32,000 nucleotides of DNA from Longivirga aurantiaca (GCF_042660085.1 NZ_JBHSTI010000002.1:480001-512000), one strand, 5' to 3'; positions 12,601 through 20,945 are shown, counted from the first letter of the stretch. Program-made: numbers and translations. Notes: generated by a model not told the origin, from the letters alone.

Positions 12601-12650
12601 GATTTGGTAGTGGGAAGTCGCAGCGGGGCGCGAGTTCCCACTACCAAGTC
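12601..12650 (+). repeat. Long hairpin element, copy A (probable terminator of the DUF885 gene)
   Basis: The core is a perfect 13-bp inverted repeat, ttggtagtgggaa (12604-12616) and ttcccactaccaa (12635-12647). It extends inward by 4 bp after one mismatch and outward by 3 bp. It is related to copy B at 16691-16732. Confidence 0.8.
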
Positions 12651-12738
12651 GGCGTGCGGCTGGAATCGGTTGTGGTTGCTGTGGATATCGCCTGTCGGTG
12701 GTCGGTGCATTGTCGGAGGTGGTGGCCATGATGGGGTC

Positions 12739-14214
12739 ATGTCCCAGGCCACCTTCGTCGATCCGGCGGTGGAGTTCGCGCGCCTGGTCGCGGGTGCGCG
12801 GGGTCTGCTGAGCGAGGCGTCGGCGCTGGCCGGTTCGGGTGCGGTCGCGGGTGTCGGTCTGGCGGGTCTGCCGGAGCTGACGGCGGAGCTGTTCTCGGTC
12901 CGCGACGCCGCCCACGCCCTGGGGACCGTCGCGGTGGACCGCCTGGACGCCTCAGGGGTTCTCGCGGCACAGGGGTTCGGGTCGACGACGGCGTTCCTGA
13001 CCCAGCGCACCGGCATGGCAGCGGGCAAGGCCGGCAGCGTCGTCTCCGGCGCCCGCACGCTGCGGTCCTATGCCGCGACGCGGGTCGCGCTGGTCGCGGG
13101 CCGGGTCACCCCGGACCTGGCCGCTGCCCTGGTGCGCGGGTCGGAGGCGGCGATCGCGGACAAGACCGACCAGGACCGGGTGCCGTGGCGGGCGTTCTGC
13201 GAGGACTACCTCCTCCCCATCGCGGAGCAGGGCTCGGTCGAGGAGGTCGCGGGCGCTGCCGCGGTGCTCAAGGAGATCCTCGATCCCGAGTCCGCGGCCC
13301 GGCGCAAGGAGGAGTCGATGGCGGGCCAGTTCCTCACCGTGACGCAGGTCGGGGACCAGTTCGTGATCAAGGGCGCCCTCACCCTGGAGGACGGCGCGGC
13401 GCTCAAGGTGCTGCTGGACCGGATGCGCGACGCGAAGTACCGGTCGGGATCCCTGACCCCGGACGAGCAGCCCACCGGCGACGCGGCCACAGATGAGCGG
13501 CGGCGGCGGATCGCGGCCGCGCATCAGGACGCCCTGTCGTTGAACCACCTCGTGCAGCTGTGGCTGACCAACGGCATGGTCGGCCGCGCCCACGGGGTCC
13601 GCCCGCACGTCACCATCACCACGTCGGTCGACGACCTCGACGCGGGGTTCCCGGGCGAGATGACCGTCCCCGGGATGTCGTCCCCGGTGCTGGTCAACGC
13701 CGAGATGGTGAAGCGGATGCTGTGCGACGCGTCGGTGACCGAGATCGGCGTCATCGGGTCCGTCCCCGACCGGCACGCGCACCACCACGACGGCGTCCCC
13801 TGCCACGGACCCGCCCACCACGGACGACACGGCCACGTCCACGGCGTCTCAGGCTGCGAGCTGCACCCCGGCTCCGCGCGGTTGCTGCGCCGCCGCCACC
13901 ACGTCTGGGACGAGGGCCGCCGGTACCGCACCGTCCCGCCGAGGCTGCGCCGGGCGCTGGACCTGCGGGACCGGCACTGCTCGTTCCCCGGCTGCCGGAT
14001 CGCGGTCGGGTGGTGCGAGGCCCACCACATCACCGAGTGGGAGCACGGCGGCGCCACCGACCTCGACAACCTCACGTTGTTGTGCGCGAAGCATCACCAC
14101 TCGGTGCACGAGGGCGGCTGGACCATCGTGAAGAACCCCGGCATCGACCCGGGATGCCCGGCCTGGCTCACCGTCGACCCACCCGACCCCAGCCCACCAC
14201 GAACCCAGCCCTGA
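12739..14214 (+). CDS. DUF222 domain / HNH endonuclease (REP13E12-family type)
   Basis: The ATG at 12739 (MSQATFVDPAVEF...) lies within track ORF 11740..14214, whose upstream part overlaps DUF885 out of frame. The DUF222-type motif is VKRMLCDASV...GRRYRTVPPRLRRALDLRDRHCSFPGC. The HNH motif is CEAHHITEWEHGGATDLDNLTLLCAKHHHSVHEGGW. Confidence 0.85.
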   Translation: MSQATFVDPAVEFARLVAGARGLLSEASALAGSGAVAGVGLAGLPELTAELFSVRDAAHALGTVAVDRLDASGVLAAQGFGSTTAFLTQRTGMAAGKAGSVVSGARTLRSYAATRVALVAGRVTPDLAAALVRGSEAAIADKTDQDRVPWRAFCEDYLLPIAEQGSVEEVAGAAAVLKEILDPESAARRKEESMAGQFLTVTQVGDQFVIKGALTLEDGAALKVLLDRMRDAKYRSGSLTPDEQPTGDAATDERRRRIAAAHQDALSLNHLVQLWLTNGMVGRAHGVRPHVTITTSVDDLDAGFPGEMTVPGMSSPVLVNAEMVKRMLCDASVTEIGVIGSVPDRHAHHHDGVPCHGPAHHGRHGHVHGVSGCELHPGSARLLRRRHHVWDEGRRYRTVPPRLRRALDLRDRHCSFPGCRIAVGWCEAHHITEWEHGGATDLDNLTLLCAKHHHSVHEGGWTIVKNPGIDPGCPAWLTVDPPDPSPPRTQP

Positions 14215-14457
14215 AGAAGGGCCGGCACGCGAGATCCACCAGCACCACCCCGAGACCGCACCACCCGGCAGGGAGCGGTCCCTGTGGCATGTCCGGGCAC
14301 GGGTGGCAACGCGAGAAGGAACCGGCATCAGGACGAGCCTTCGGATCGGCGGGACACCGTCGATCCCACGGCTGGAAACTGGATGTGCGGTGCGGCGGGA
14401 GACAGGGCCGGCACCCAGTTGACTCTGGTCACCGCCCCCGTTGACGGGAGGCGCACC

Positions 14458-15669
14458 ATGCGCAGGTTCATCGCCATCCTGGCCGCGGCGGCCACCTTCG
14501 TGCTGACGCTCGCCAGCTGTGGTGGCTCCGACGGCTCGACCTCGGGCAGCTCGAGTCCCGCCGTGTCGAACTCACCGACAACGACCTCGAGCCCGTCCTG
14601 GCCCAAGCCGACGAACGCAGCCCTGCCCAAGGCCATGGTCGACCAGTTGCAGGCCCAGCTCACCAGCTACATCGCCGAGAAGAAGCTCGTCGGCGTGACC
14701 GCCTCCGTCGTAACCCGCGACGGCATGTGGGCTGGAGCCGCTGGAGTCGACGGTGCCGGGAAGACCCTCAGCCCGGACTCCGCGATGGTCATCGCCAGCA
14801 CCACGAAGACGTTCACCGCCGCCGAGATCCTTCTCCTCTCCGCGCAGGGGAAGATCAACCTCGACGCCCCCGTGACCGACTACGTGTCTCTGCCGTTCGA
14901 CGCCCAGGGCGCCACCGTCCGCCAACTGGCCACGATGACCAGCGGCTTCCCGGACCTCCCCGAAGCGACCATTCGCCCGAAGGTGAGTGCTGATCTGACG
15001 AAGGAGTGGAAGTGCACCGATGTCGTCGCGCTCGTGGACCCCAAGGCGGCACGCAAGGGCTCGCTGGGCGGGGCGGCCGCCTACAACGGTCTGAACTACT
15101 ACGTCCTCGGCATGGTGATCGAGAAGGTCACGAGCAAGCCGCTCGCGGATGCCATCCGCACGGACCTGCTCGTGCCTGCCGGCGTGACTCGGGTCTGGAC
15201 CCAGACCGGTGACAAGCCCGAGAAGCCGTCGGCACCGCTGGCGATGCCGGTCGATGACACGACGAACCCCGTCGTCGATGCCACCAGCGGATACCTGCCG
15301 TCCGCTGCCGCGGCGACCAGCAGCTGCGCGGGAGCCGGGATGGCCGCGGACGCACCGAGCCTGGCGCGTTGGGGATACCTGCTCTATGGCGGGTACGTCA
15401 TCGACAACAGCCTCGTGAAGACCATGACCACTCCGAACCCCATGGGCGGAGACAACAGCTACGGCTTCGGAACGATGATCGACAGCGACAACGGCGACCC
15501 GCTGTGGGGCCACGCCGGCAACTACACCCAGTACACGTCGATCTTGCTGGTCTGGCCCAAGACCTCGACAGTGGTCTCGGTGCTCGTCCCCATGACGGGC
15601 GGAACGGACAACGACGTCAGGGGCGACCTCGCCTTCCAGCTCAAGCAGACAGCGACGGCATCCAACTGA
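14458..15669 (+). CDS. Lipoprotein serine hydrolase, beta-lactamase/transpeptidase-like (class C / DD-peptidase family)
   Basis: The ATG at 14458 is preceded by GGGAGG (14445-14450). The signal plus lipobox is MRRFIAILAAAATFVLTLASC. The S-x-x-K motif is ASTTKTF and the H-x-G box is WGHAGNY. The middle Y-x-N box is not clear (AAYNGLNYYVLG). Confidence 0.8.
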   Translation: MRRFIAILAAAATFVLTLASCGGSDGSTSGSSSPAVSNSPTTTSSPSWPKPTNAALPKAMVDQLQAQLTSYIAEKKLVGVTASVVTRDGMWAGAAGVDGAGKTLSPDSAMVIASTTKTFTAAEILLLSAQGKINLDAPVTDYVSLPFDAQGATVRQLATMTSGFPDLPEATIRPKVSADLTKEWKCTDVVALVDPKAARKGSLGGAAAYNGLNYYVLGMVIEKVTSKPLADAIRTDLLVPAGVTRVWTQTGDKPEKPSAPLAMPVDDTTNPVVDATSGYLPSAAAATSSCAGAGMAADAPSLARWGYLLYGGYVIDNSLVKTMTTPNPMGGDNSYGFGTMIDSDNGDPLWGHAGNYTQYTSILLVWPKTSTVVSVLVPMTGGTDNDVRGDLAFQLKQTATASN

Positions 15670-16229
15670 CGCGACAGCGGGCACAGCCCCGGTCCTGCCC
15701 TGCGCATGTCCCCGATGGGCGAGGCGTCGAGAGCAGGCCGCTGGTGGAGGGGCACACACAGGTTTCCTGCGCATGTGCAGGCCGGGTGTGCGCGATATGC
15801 CGCTATCGCTCGCTTCACGTGAGCCGACCCGGCGCCAGCGCGTGCCTGGGCAAGGGTGACGAGGTCAAGGGCGAGTTGCTCAGGCTGACCTGGGATCAGG
15901 TGCATGCCTGGCGCAGGGACGACGTGATGAACCTCGCTGCGGCCGCCGTCCTGTGGAAGCGGACGCCTTGCAGGACGAACGGGCGGTCGCCGTGAACGCG
16001 GCCGCCGACGAGGTCGTGTTCGCGATGATGATCACGCTCGATGAGCCTGGCGACCCGGAGGGGGATCCTGGGGGTGATGGGTGCGAGCTTGTGGACCCCG
16101 CGACTGGATGACCGATCGACGGCCTGCACGAAGGGCTCCTGAGGGCTGACCCCACCGGTAACGAGGGCAGCGACCTCTTCGCCTGAGGCGTGGCGCACCC
16201 GAGCCGCTGTCGTCGTCAGCCCGTCACGG

Positions 16230-16579
16230 CTATTCAGCGACCCTCCGGTGGCTGAACGCGAAGTCCCTCACGCCGCTGTGCTCGCCGATGCCCATCGCCG
16301 TGACGCCGCGCTCGAGCAGCAGCGCTCGAGCTGCTTCCAGGTCATCGGTCTGCAGCGCGATGGACGGGGTGGCCAGATCGAGGCCGTACGGGTTGTCGGC
16401 CATCATCTCGAGCGGGACACGCTCGAGGCGAAGGGCTGGTCGGCGAAGCCGACCTGGACGATGGAGAAGTCGTCGACCTCGGTGCGCGCCTTCTCCACCA
16501 GCCCGAACTGTTCGACCCGGAACCGGCGGCAGACCTCCGCGTCGGTGACATCGAGAACGACGTAGCGGACGCGCAACAC
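16230..16579 (-). pseudogene. Frameshifted VOC/glyoxalase-family gene remnant
   Basis: From GTG 16579 (GAAGG upstream), frame A reads VLRVRYVVLDVTDAEVCRRFRVEQFGLVEKARTEVDDFSIVQVGFADQPF... and stops at 16405-16403. A second frame, readable as VOC-like sequence from 16427 (open somewhat further upstream), continues LERVPLEMMADNPYGLDLATPSIALQTDDLEAARALLLERGVTAMGIGEHSGVRDFAF... to TAG at 16232-16230. The span is 350 nt, which is not a multiple of 3. Confidence 0.55.
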
Positions 16580-16661
16580 GTCGATACCTTCGTCGGCCCT
16601 CTGGGGACCTACACCACCTGGGTCGTGAGCCGGCCGGACCAGGTCACGGTAGCGATCTGCC

Positions 16662-16680
16662 GCCTGCTCGGCCTCTGACC
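16662..16680 (+). repeat. Direct repeat copy 2 (GCCTGCTCGGCCTCTGACC)
   Basis: It is a perfect 19/19 match to 12504..12522. Here it ends a short orphan reading frame (...RLLGL*) rather than an intact gene. Confidence 0.95.
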
Positions 16681-16690
16681 ATGGCCGACT

Positions 16691-16732
16691 CGGTAGTGGT
16701 AAGTCGGCCTCTGCCGCGAGATACCACTACCG
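16691..16732 (+). repeat. Long hairpin element, copy B (between the direct repeat and the O-mannosyltransferase stop; probable bidirectional terminator)
   Basis: The core is a perfect 11-bp inverted repeat, cggtagtggta (16691-16701) and taccactaccg (16722-16732). It ends 8 nt from the stop codon of the convergent gene at 16740. It shares GGTAGTGGnAAGTCG...GCGAG...CCACTACC with copy A. Confidence 0.8.
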
Positions 16733-16739
16733 AATCGGG

Positions 16740-18380
16740 CTAGACCCAGGTGTCGAACCACATCCGCAGGTGCCAGGCGTCGTACGGCATGATCTGCGCG
16801 CTCCAGATCGGGTAGAAGAACCACGCCGCTGCCACCGCCAGCAGGACGACCGACCCGACGACGCTCGCACCGATGGTGCGACGACGCGGCTCGGCGTCGG
16901 CGGGGCCGAGGATCGTGCCGAGGGTCATCGCGAGGGCGATGCACACGAACGGCGCCATCACGACGCTGTAGAACGTGAAGATCGTGCGGCCCTGGAAGCC
17001 CAGCCACGGCGCCCAGGCGGCGAGCAGCGCGAGCACGACGTAGCCCGAGCGCCAGTCGCGACGGGCGGCCCAGCGCCAGGCCTGGTGCACGAGGGCGGCC
17101 GCGCCCGCCCACCAGATGATCGGGTTGCCGAGCGCGAGCACCTCGGCGGCGCACTTGTCGGCCCCGCACGTGCCGGCCGGGATGTCGGGCGTGCCCTCGT
17201 AGAAGAAGCTGGTCGGCCGGGTCTGCAGCAGCCAGCTCCACGCGTTGCTCTGGTACGAGTGCGGCGACGACAGTCCCTGATGGAAGCTCAGCGCCTGGCC
17301 GTGGTAGTACCAGAGCGACCTGGCCCAGTCGGGCAGGAGGGCCCAGACGCCGGACGCCGGGTTCTTCGACGCCCAGTCGCGGTAGAACCCGTCGTCGCTG
17401 AGGATCCAGCCGGTCCACGACACGACGTACACCACGACGACGGTGCCGACGATCGCGACGAAGGCGCGCAGCCCGTCGAGGAACGCGCCGATCACGGCGT
17501 CGCCGGCGTTGGTGCCCACGAGGCGACGGGTGCCGTACTCCCACGCCACCGTGCAGAGCCCGAACGCGACCACGAACCAGACGCCCGACCACTTGGTGGC
17601 GCACGCCATGCCGAGCGCGAAGCCCGCGGCCCAGCGCCACGGGCGCCAGCCGCTGCTCGGGCCGTAGCCCTGACGCAGGGACATGATCGCGTCGTGGTCG
17701 TCGGCGAACGCGCGGACGCGGTCCGCGAGGCGTCTGCGCGTTCGTTCGCGGTCCATGAGGATGCAGCCGAATGCGACGACGACCCAGAACGCGAGGGTGT
17801 TGTCGAGCAGTGCCGTGCGCGACAGCGCGATCGACATCCCGTCGATCGCGACGAAGAGCCCGGCGGCGGCGGCGATGAGGGTGGAACGGGTGAGCCGCCG
17901 CGTGATGCGGACGACGAGCAGCACAAGCAGCGTGCCGAGCAGCGCCATCATGAAGCGCCAGCCGAACGGCGTGAGCCCGAACGCGTACTCGCCGATCGCG
18001 ATCGTCCACTTGCCGACCGGCGGGTGCACGACGTACGCCGCGCTGTCCTTGAAGACGTCGATCGTGCGCCAGTTGCCGTCGCTGGCGAGGATCAGGTCGT
18101 TCGCGTCGTCGACGAACTGCCGCTCGGTGCCGTAGCGCAGCAGCGAGAGCGCGTCCTTCATGTAGTACGTCTCGTCGAACACCACGGCGTGCGGACGGCC
18201 GAGGTCCCAGAAGCGCAGGACGCCGGCGAGTGCGGTGATCGCGAGCGTGACCCACCAGGACGTCGCGCGGTCGGCCGGCATCGCGGGGGAGAGGCGGTCG
18301 GCGAGGGGCGACAGCCGCTGGTCGCCCGAGGGCGGGGGCCCCGGTGCCGGGGCGCGCTCCGCCTCGATGGTCGCCGTCAC
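16740..18380 (-). CDS. pmt: Protein O-mannosyltransferase (GT39, polyprenol-phosphate-mannose dependent)
   Basis: The product is polytopic. It has the PMT loop-1 DE motif VVFDETYYMKDA after the first TM helix (WWVTLAITALAGVLRFWDLG). The start is placed at GTG 18380; alternatives are ATG 18281 and the track start 18572, which would overlap rsmI. It is divergent from rsmI, as for Rv1002c/Rv1003. Confidence 0.85.
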   Translation of the reverse strand: MTATIEAERAPAPGPPPSGDQRLSPLADRLSPAMPADRATSWWVTLAITALAGVLRFWDLGRPHAVVFDETYYMKDALSLLRYGTERQFVDDANDLILASDGNWRTIDVFKDSAAYVVHPPVGKWTIAIGEYAFGLTPFGWRFMMALLGTLLVLLVVRITRRLTRSTLIAAAAGLFVAIDGMSIALSRTALLDNTLAFWVVVAFGCILMDRERTRRRLADRVRAFADDHDAIMSLRQGYGPSSGWRPWRWAAGFALGMACATKWSGVWFVVAFGLCTVAWEYGTRRLVGTNAGDAVIGAFLDGLRAFVAIVGTVVVVYVVSWTGWILSDDGFYRDWASKNPASGVWALLPDWARSLWYYHGQALSFHQGLSSPHSYQSNAWSWLLQTRPTSFFYEGTPDIPAGTCGADKCAAEVLALGNPIIWWAGAAALVHQAWRWAARRDWRSGYVVLALLAAWAPWLGFQGRTIFTFYSVVMAPFVCIALAMTLGTILGPADAEPRRRTIGASVVGSVVLLAVAAAWFFYPIWSAQIMPYDAWHLRMWFDTWV

Positions 18381-18408
18381 CCCGACAGCATAAGGAGGTG
18401 GCAGGCTG

Positions 18409-19317
18409 ATGCTCGTGGACGCTGCCCCGAACGACACCGGATCCTCCGGCGACGGCACGGCGTCCTCCGGTCTCCTCGTGCTGGCTGCCACGCCCATCGG
18501 ACGCGCGGACGACGCCTCCGGTCGCCTCCGTGACCTGATCGCAACCGCCGACGTGGTCGCGGCCGAGGACACCCGGCGCCTGCGGCGCCTCGCCGACGAC
18601 CTGGGCGTGACGATCGGCGGCCGGGTCGTGTCGTACTACGACGCCGTCGAGCGGCAGCGGCTGCCCGAGCTCGTCGCCGCCCTCGAGGGCGGCCGGACCG
18701 TGCTGCTCGTGACCGACGCGGGGATGCCCAGCGTGAGCGATCCGGGCTACCGGCTCGTGGCCGCGGCGGTCGAGGCCGGGATCCGTGTGACCGCCGCCCC
18801 CGGGCCCAGCGCGGTCCTGACGGCGCTCGCGCTCTCCGGCCTGCCCGTGGACCGGTTCGCGTTCGAGGGCTTCCTGCCGCGCAAGGCGGGGGAGCGCAGG
18901 CGCGCGCTCGCGGCGGTGGCCGCCGACCCCCGAACGCTGGTCTTCTTCGAGGCGCCGCACCGCGTGGGCGAGGCGCTTGCGGCCATGGCCGAGGTGATCG
19001 GGGACGACCGCCCGGCGGCGGTGTGCCGCGAGCTCACCAAGACCTACGAGGAGGTACGCCGGGGCACGCTCGGCGAGCTCACCGCCTGGGCCGCCGACGG
19101 GCTGCGCGGCGAGATCACGATCGTGGTCCAGGGCGCCGCGCCGGGCACCGTGCCGGCTGCGCCCGGCGCGGACGGTGCGGATCCCCGCAAGGCGGCGCTC
19201 GCGGCCGTGGCAGCGGCGTACGGCCTCGACCGCGGCGCCGTCTACGACGCCGTCGTCGCCGCCAAGAAGGCCGCGGCGGCCGGATCCGGGGGGATGGGGC
19301 TGCCGCCGCGCAACTAG
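18409..19317 (+). CDS. rsmI: 16S rRNA (cytidine1402-2'-O)-methyltransferase RsmI
   Basis: AAGGAGG lies 10 nt upstream of the ATG. The tetrapyrrole-methylase-fold motifs are [35 protein letters not shown] and [15 protein letters not shown]. Confidence 0.9.
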   Translation: MLVDAAPNDTGSSGDGTASSGLLVLAATPIGRADDASGRLRDLIATADVVAAEDTRRLRRLADDLGVTIGGRVVSYYDAVERQRLPELVAALEGGRTVLLVTDAGMPSVSDPGYRLVAAAVEAGIRVTAAPGPSAVLTALALSGLPVDRFAFEGFLPRKAGERRRALAAVAADPRTLVFFEAPHRVGEALAAMAEVIGDDRPAAVCRELTKTYEEVRRGTLGELTAWAADGLRGEITIVVQGAAPGTVPAAPGADGADPRKAALAAVAAAYGLDRGAVYDAVVAAKKAAAAGSGGMGLPPRN

Positions 19318-19326
19318 GATCGTCGG

Positions 19327-20928
19327 GTGCCCGGAACCGAGAAGGCGTTCTACCTGACCACGCCGATCTACTACGTCAACGACGCGCCCCACATCGGGCA
19401 CGCCTACACGACGACCGCGGGCGACGTCCTGACCCGCTGGCACCGCCAGCGCGGCGAGAAGGTCTGGTTCCTCACCGGCGTCGACGAGCACGGCCAGAAG
19501 GTCATGCGCACCGCCGAGGCCAACGGCGTCGCCCCGCAGGAGTGGGCCGACCGACTCGTCGAGAGCGCCTGGCTGCCCGTGCTCGAGACGATCGACGCCG
19601 TCAACGACGACTTCATCCGCACGACCTCCACCCGGCACACCGAGCGCGTCCAGAAGTTCCTGCAGGGCCTGAAGGACAAGGGCGAGATCTACGAGGGCTC
19701 GTACGACGGCCCCTACTGCGTCGGTTGCGAGGAGTTCAAGCTGCCGGGCGACCTGCTCGACGGCGAGGGCGAGTACGCCGGCCAGAAGGTGTGCCCGATC
19801 CACGGCAAGCCGGTCGAGACCGTCAGCGAGACCAACTGGTTCTTCCGGCTCTCGGCGTACGGCGACGCGCTGCTCGCGCACTACGAGGCCAACCCGCTCG
19901 CGGTGCAGCCGCAGTCGGCGCACAACGAGGTCACGTCGTTCCTGCGCGGCGGGCTCACCGACCTGTCGATCTCGCGCTCGACCTTCGACTGGGGCATCCC
20001 GGTGCCGTGGGACCCGAGCCAGGTCGTCTACGTGTGGTTCGACGCCCTGCTCAACTACGCCACCGCCGTCGGCCTCGGCGACGAGCCGGGCACCCCGGGC
20101 GCCGAGCAGTTCGCCGCCACCTGGCCGGCCGACGTGCATCTCGTGGGCAAGGACATCCTGCGGTTCCACGCCGTCATCTGGCCGGCGATGCTGATGGCCG
20201 CGGGCCTGGCGCTGCCGGGCCAGGTGTTCGCGCACGGCTGGCTGCTCGTCGGCGGCGAGAAGATGAGCAAGAGCAAGCTCACCGGCATCGCGCCGAGCCA
20301 GATCGTCGACCACTTCGGCTCGGACGCTTTCCGCTACTACTTCCTGCGCGCGATCCAGTTCGGCAGCGACGGCTCGTTCTCGTGGGAGGACATGAGCGCC
20401 CGCTACACGTCCGAGCTCGCGAACGGCCTGGGCAACCTCGCCTCGCGCGCCCCCGCGATGGTGGCGAAGTACCGCGACGGCCTGCTGCCCGAGCCGACGG
20501 CGTACGGCGAGGCCGAGGAGACGCTGCAGGCGCTGCTCGTCGCGACCGTCGCGACCGCCGACGAGTGCATGCTGCGCCTGGACTTCGCGGGCGGCCTCGG
20601 CGCGATGAAGTCGTTCGTCGACGCGGTGAACCTCTACGTGACCGAGCAGGCGCCGTGGGCGCTCGCCAAGGACCCGGCCAACGACGAGCGGCTCTCGACC
20701 GTGCTCTACACGATCTGCGAGTCGCTGCGGGCGATCGCGGTGCTGCACCACGCCGTGATGCCGAAGGCCACGGCGTCGCTGTGGGAGCAGATCGGCGCGG
20801 AGGCCTCCCTCGGCCCGATCGGCGCGCAGGTCGTGACCGACGCCGGCCGCTGGGGGCAGCTGCCCGTCGGCACCACGATCACCAAGGGCGCGATCCTGTT
20901 CCCGCGCCTGGAGGAGACCGCCGACTGA
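19327..20928 (+). CDS. metG: Methionine--tRNA ligase
   Basis: It uses a GTG start. The HIGH motif is APHIGHAYT and the KMSKS motif is GGEKMSKSK. A CxxC...C zinc knuckle (PYCVGCEEF...VCPIHG) is present. Confidence 0.95.
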   Translation: MPGTEKAFYLTTPIYYVNDAPHIGHAYTTTAGDVLTRWHRQRGEKVWFLTGVDEHGQKVMRTAEANGVAPQEWADRLVESAWLPVLETIDAVNDDFIRTTSTRHTERVQKFLQGLKDKGEIYEGSYDGPYCVGCEEFKLPGDLLDGEGEYAGQKVCPIHGKPVETVSETNWFFRLSAYGDALLAHYEANPLAVQPQSAHNEVTSFLRGGLTDLSISRSTFDWGIPVPWDPSQVVYVWFDALLNYATAVGLGDEPGTPGAEQFAATWPADVHLVGKDILRFHAVIWPAMLMAAGLALPGQVFAHGWLLVGGEKMSKSKLTGIAPSQIVDHFGSDAFRYYFLRAIQFGSDGSFSWEDMSARYTSELANGLGNLASRAPAMVAKYRDGLLPEPTAYGEAEETLQALLVATVATADECMLRLDFAGGLGAMKSFVDAVNLYVTEQAPWALAKDPANDERLSTVLYTICESLRAIAVLHHAVMPKATASLWEQIGAEASLGPIGAQVVTDAGRWGQLPVGTTITKGAILFPRLEETAD

Positions 20929-20945
20929 GGTCGGCGCTCCTCGCC

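Larger units (their letters stand above)
12523..16661. mobile_element. Putative ~4.1-kb inserted islet (probably decayed), bounded by the 19-bp direct repeat
   Basis: The 19-bp direct repeats sit at both ends, and each is followed by a related hairpin. The cargo is DUF222-HNH, a lipoprotein serine hydrolase and gene fragments. It lies between convergent conserved genes. Several stretches (12650-12740, 14215-14460, 15670-15900) are visibly less GC-rich by eye. No recombinase was recognised. Confidence 0.45.

Noticed and set aside
11740-12738. N-terminal 333 codons of the 824-aa track ORF (11740..14214)
   Set aside because: It overlaps the DUF885 gene out of frame and runs across the intergenic hairpin. 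The recognisable DUF222-HNH protein begins at ATG 12739.
15766-15781. Near-palindrome CCTGCGCATGTGCAGG and an 11-bp direct repeat CCTGCGCATGT (also at 15699-15709)
   Set aside because: It is short and imperfect (14/16). It lies in degenerate sequence with no adjacent regulator or intact gene to control, so it could easily arise by chance.
15846-15995. Possible tyrosine-recombinase remnant (…KGELLRLTWDQVH…, resembling the R-x-x-E-L-x-x-L-x-W-x-D-V box)
   Set aside because: The catalytic Arg position is not conserved (V-K-G-E instead of R-x-x-E) and the W-x-D spacing is off by one. No downstream integrase motifs (HxxR, Y) are visible in any frame. This is too weak to call.
15896-16198. 100-aa minus-strand ORF (…RVARLIERDHHREHDLVGGRVHGDRPFVLQGVRFHRTAAAARFITSSL…)
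   Set aside because: It has high GC3, but the opposite strand has equally high GC3 over the same bases. It shows no recognisable motif, start context or SD. I treat it as part of the decayed region rather than as a gene.
16609-20751. 1380-aa minus-strand ORF spanning the PMT, rsmI and metG region
   Set aside because: It is Arg/Gly/Pro/His-rich out-of-frame or antisense reading through three well-supported genes. This is a typical high-GC artefact.
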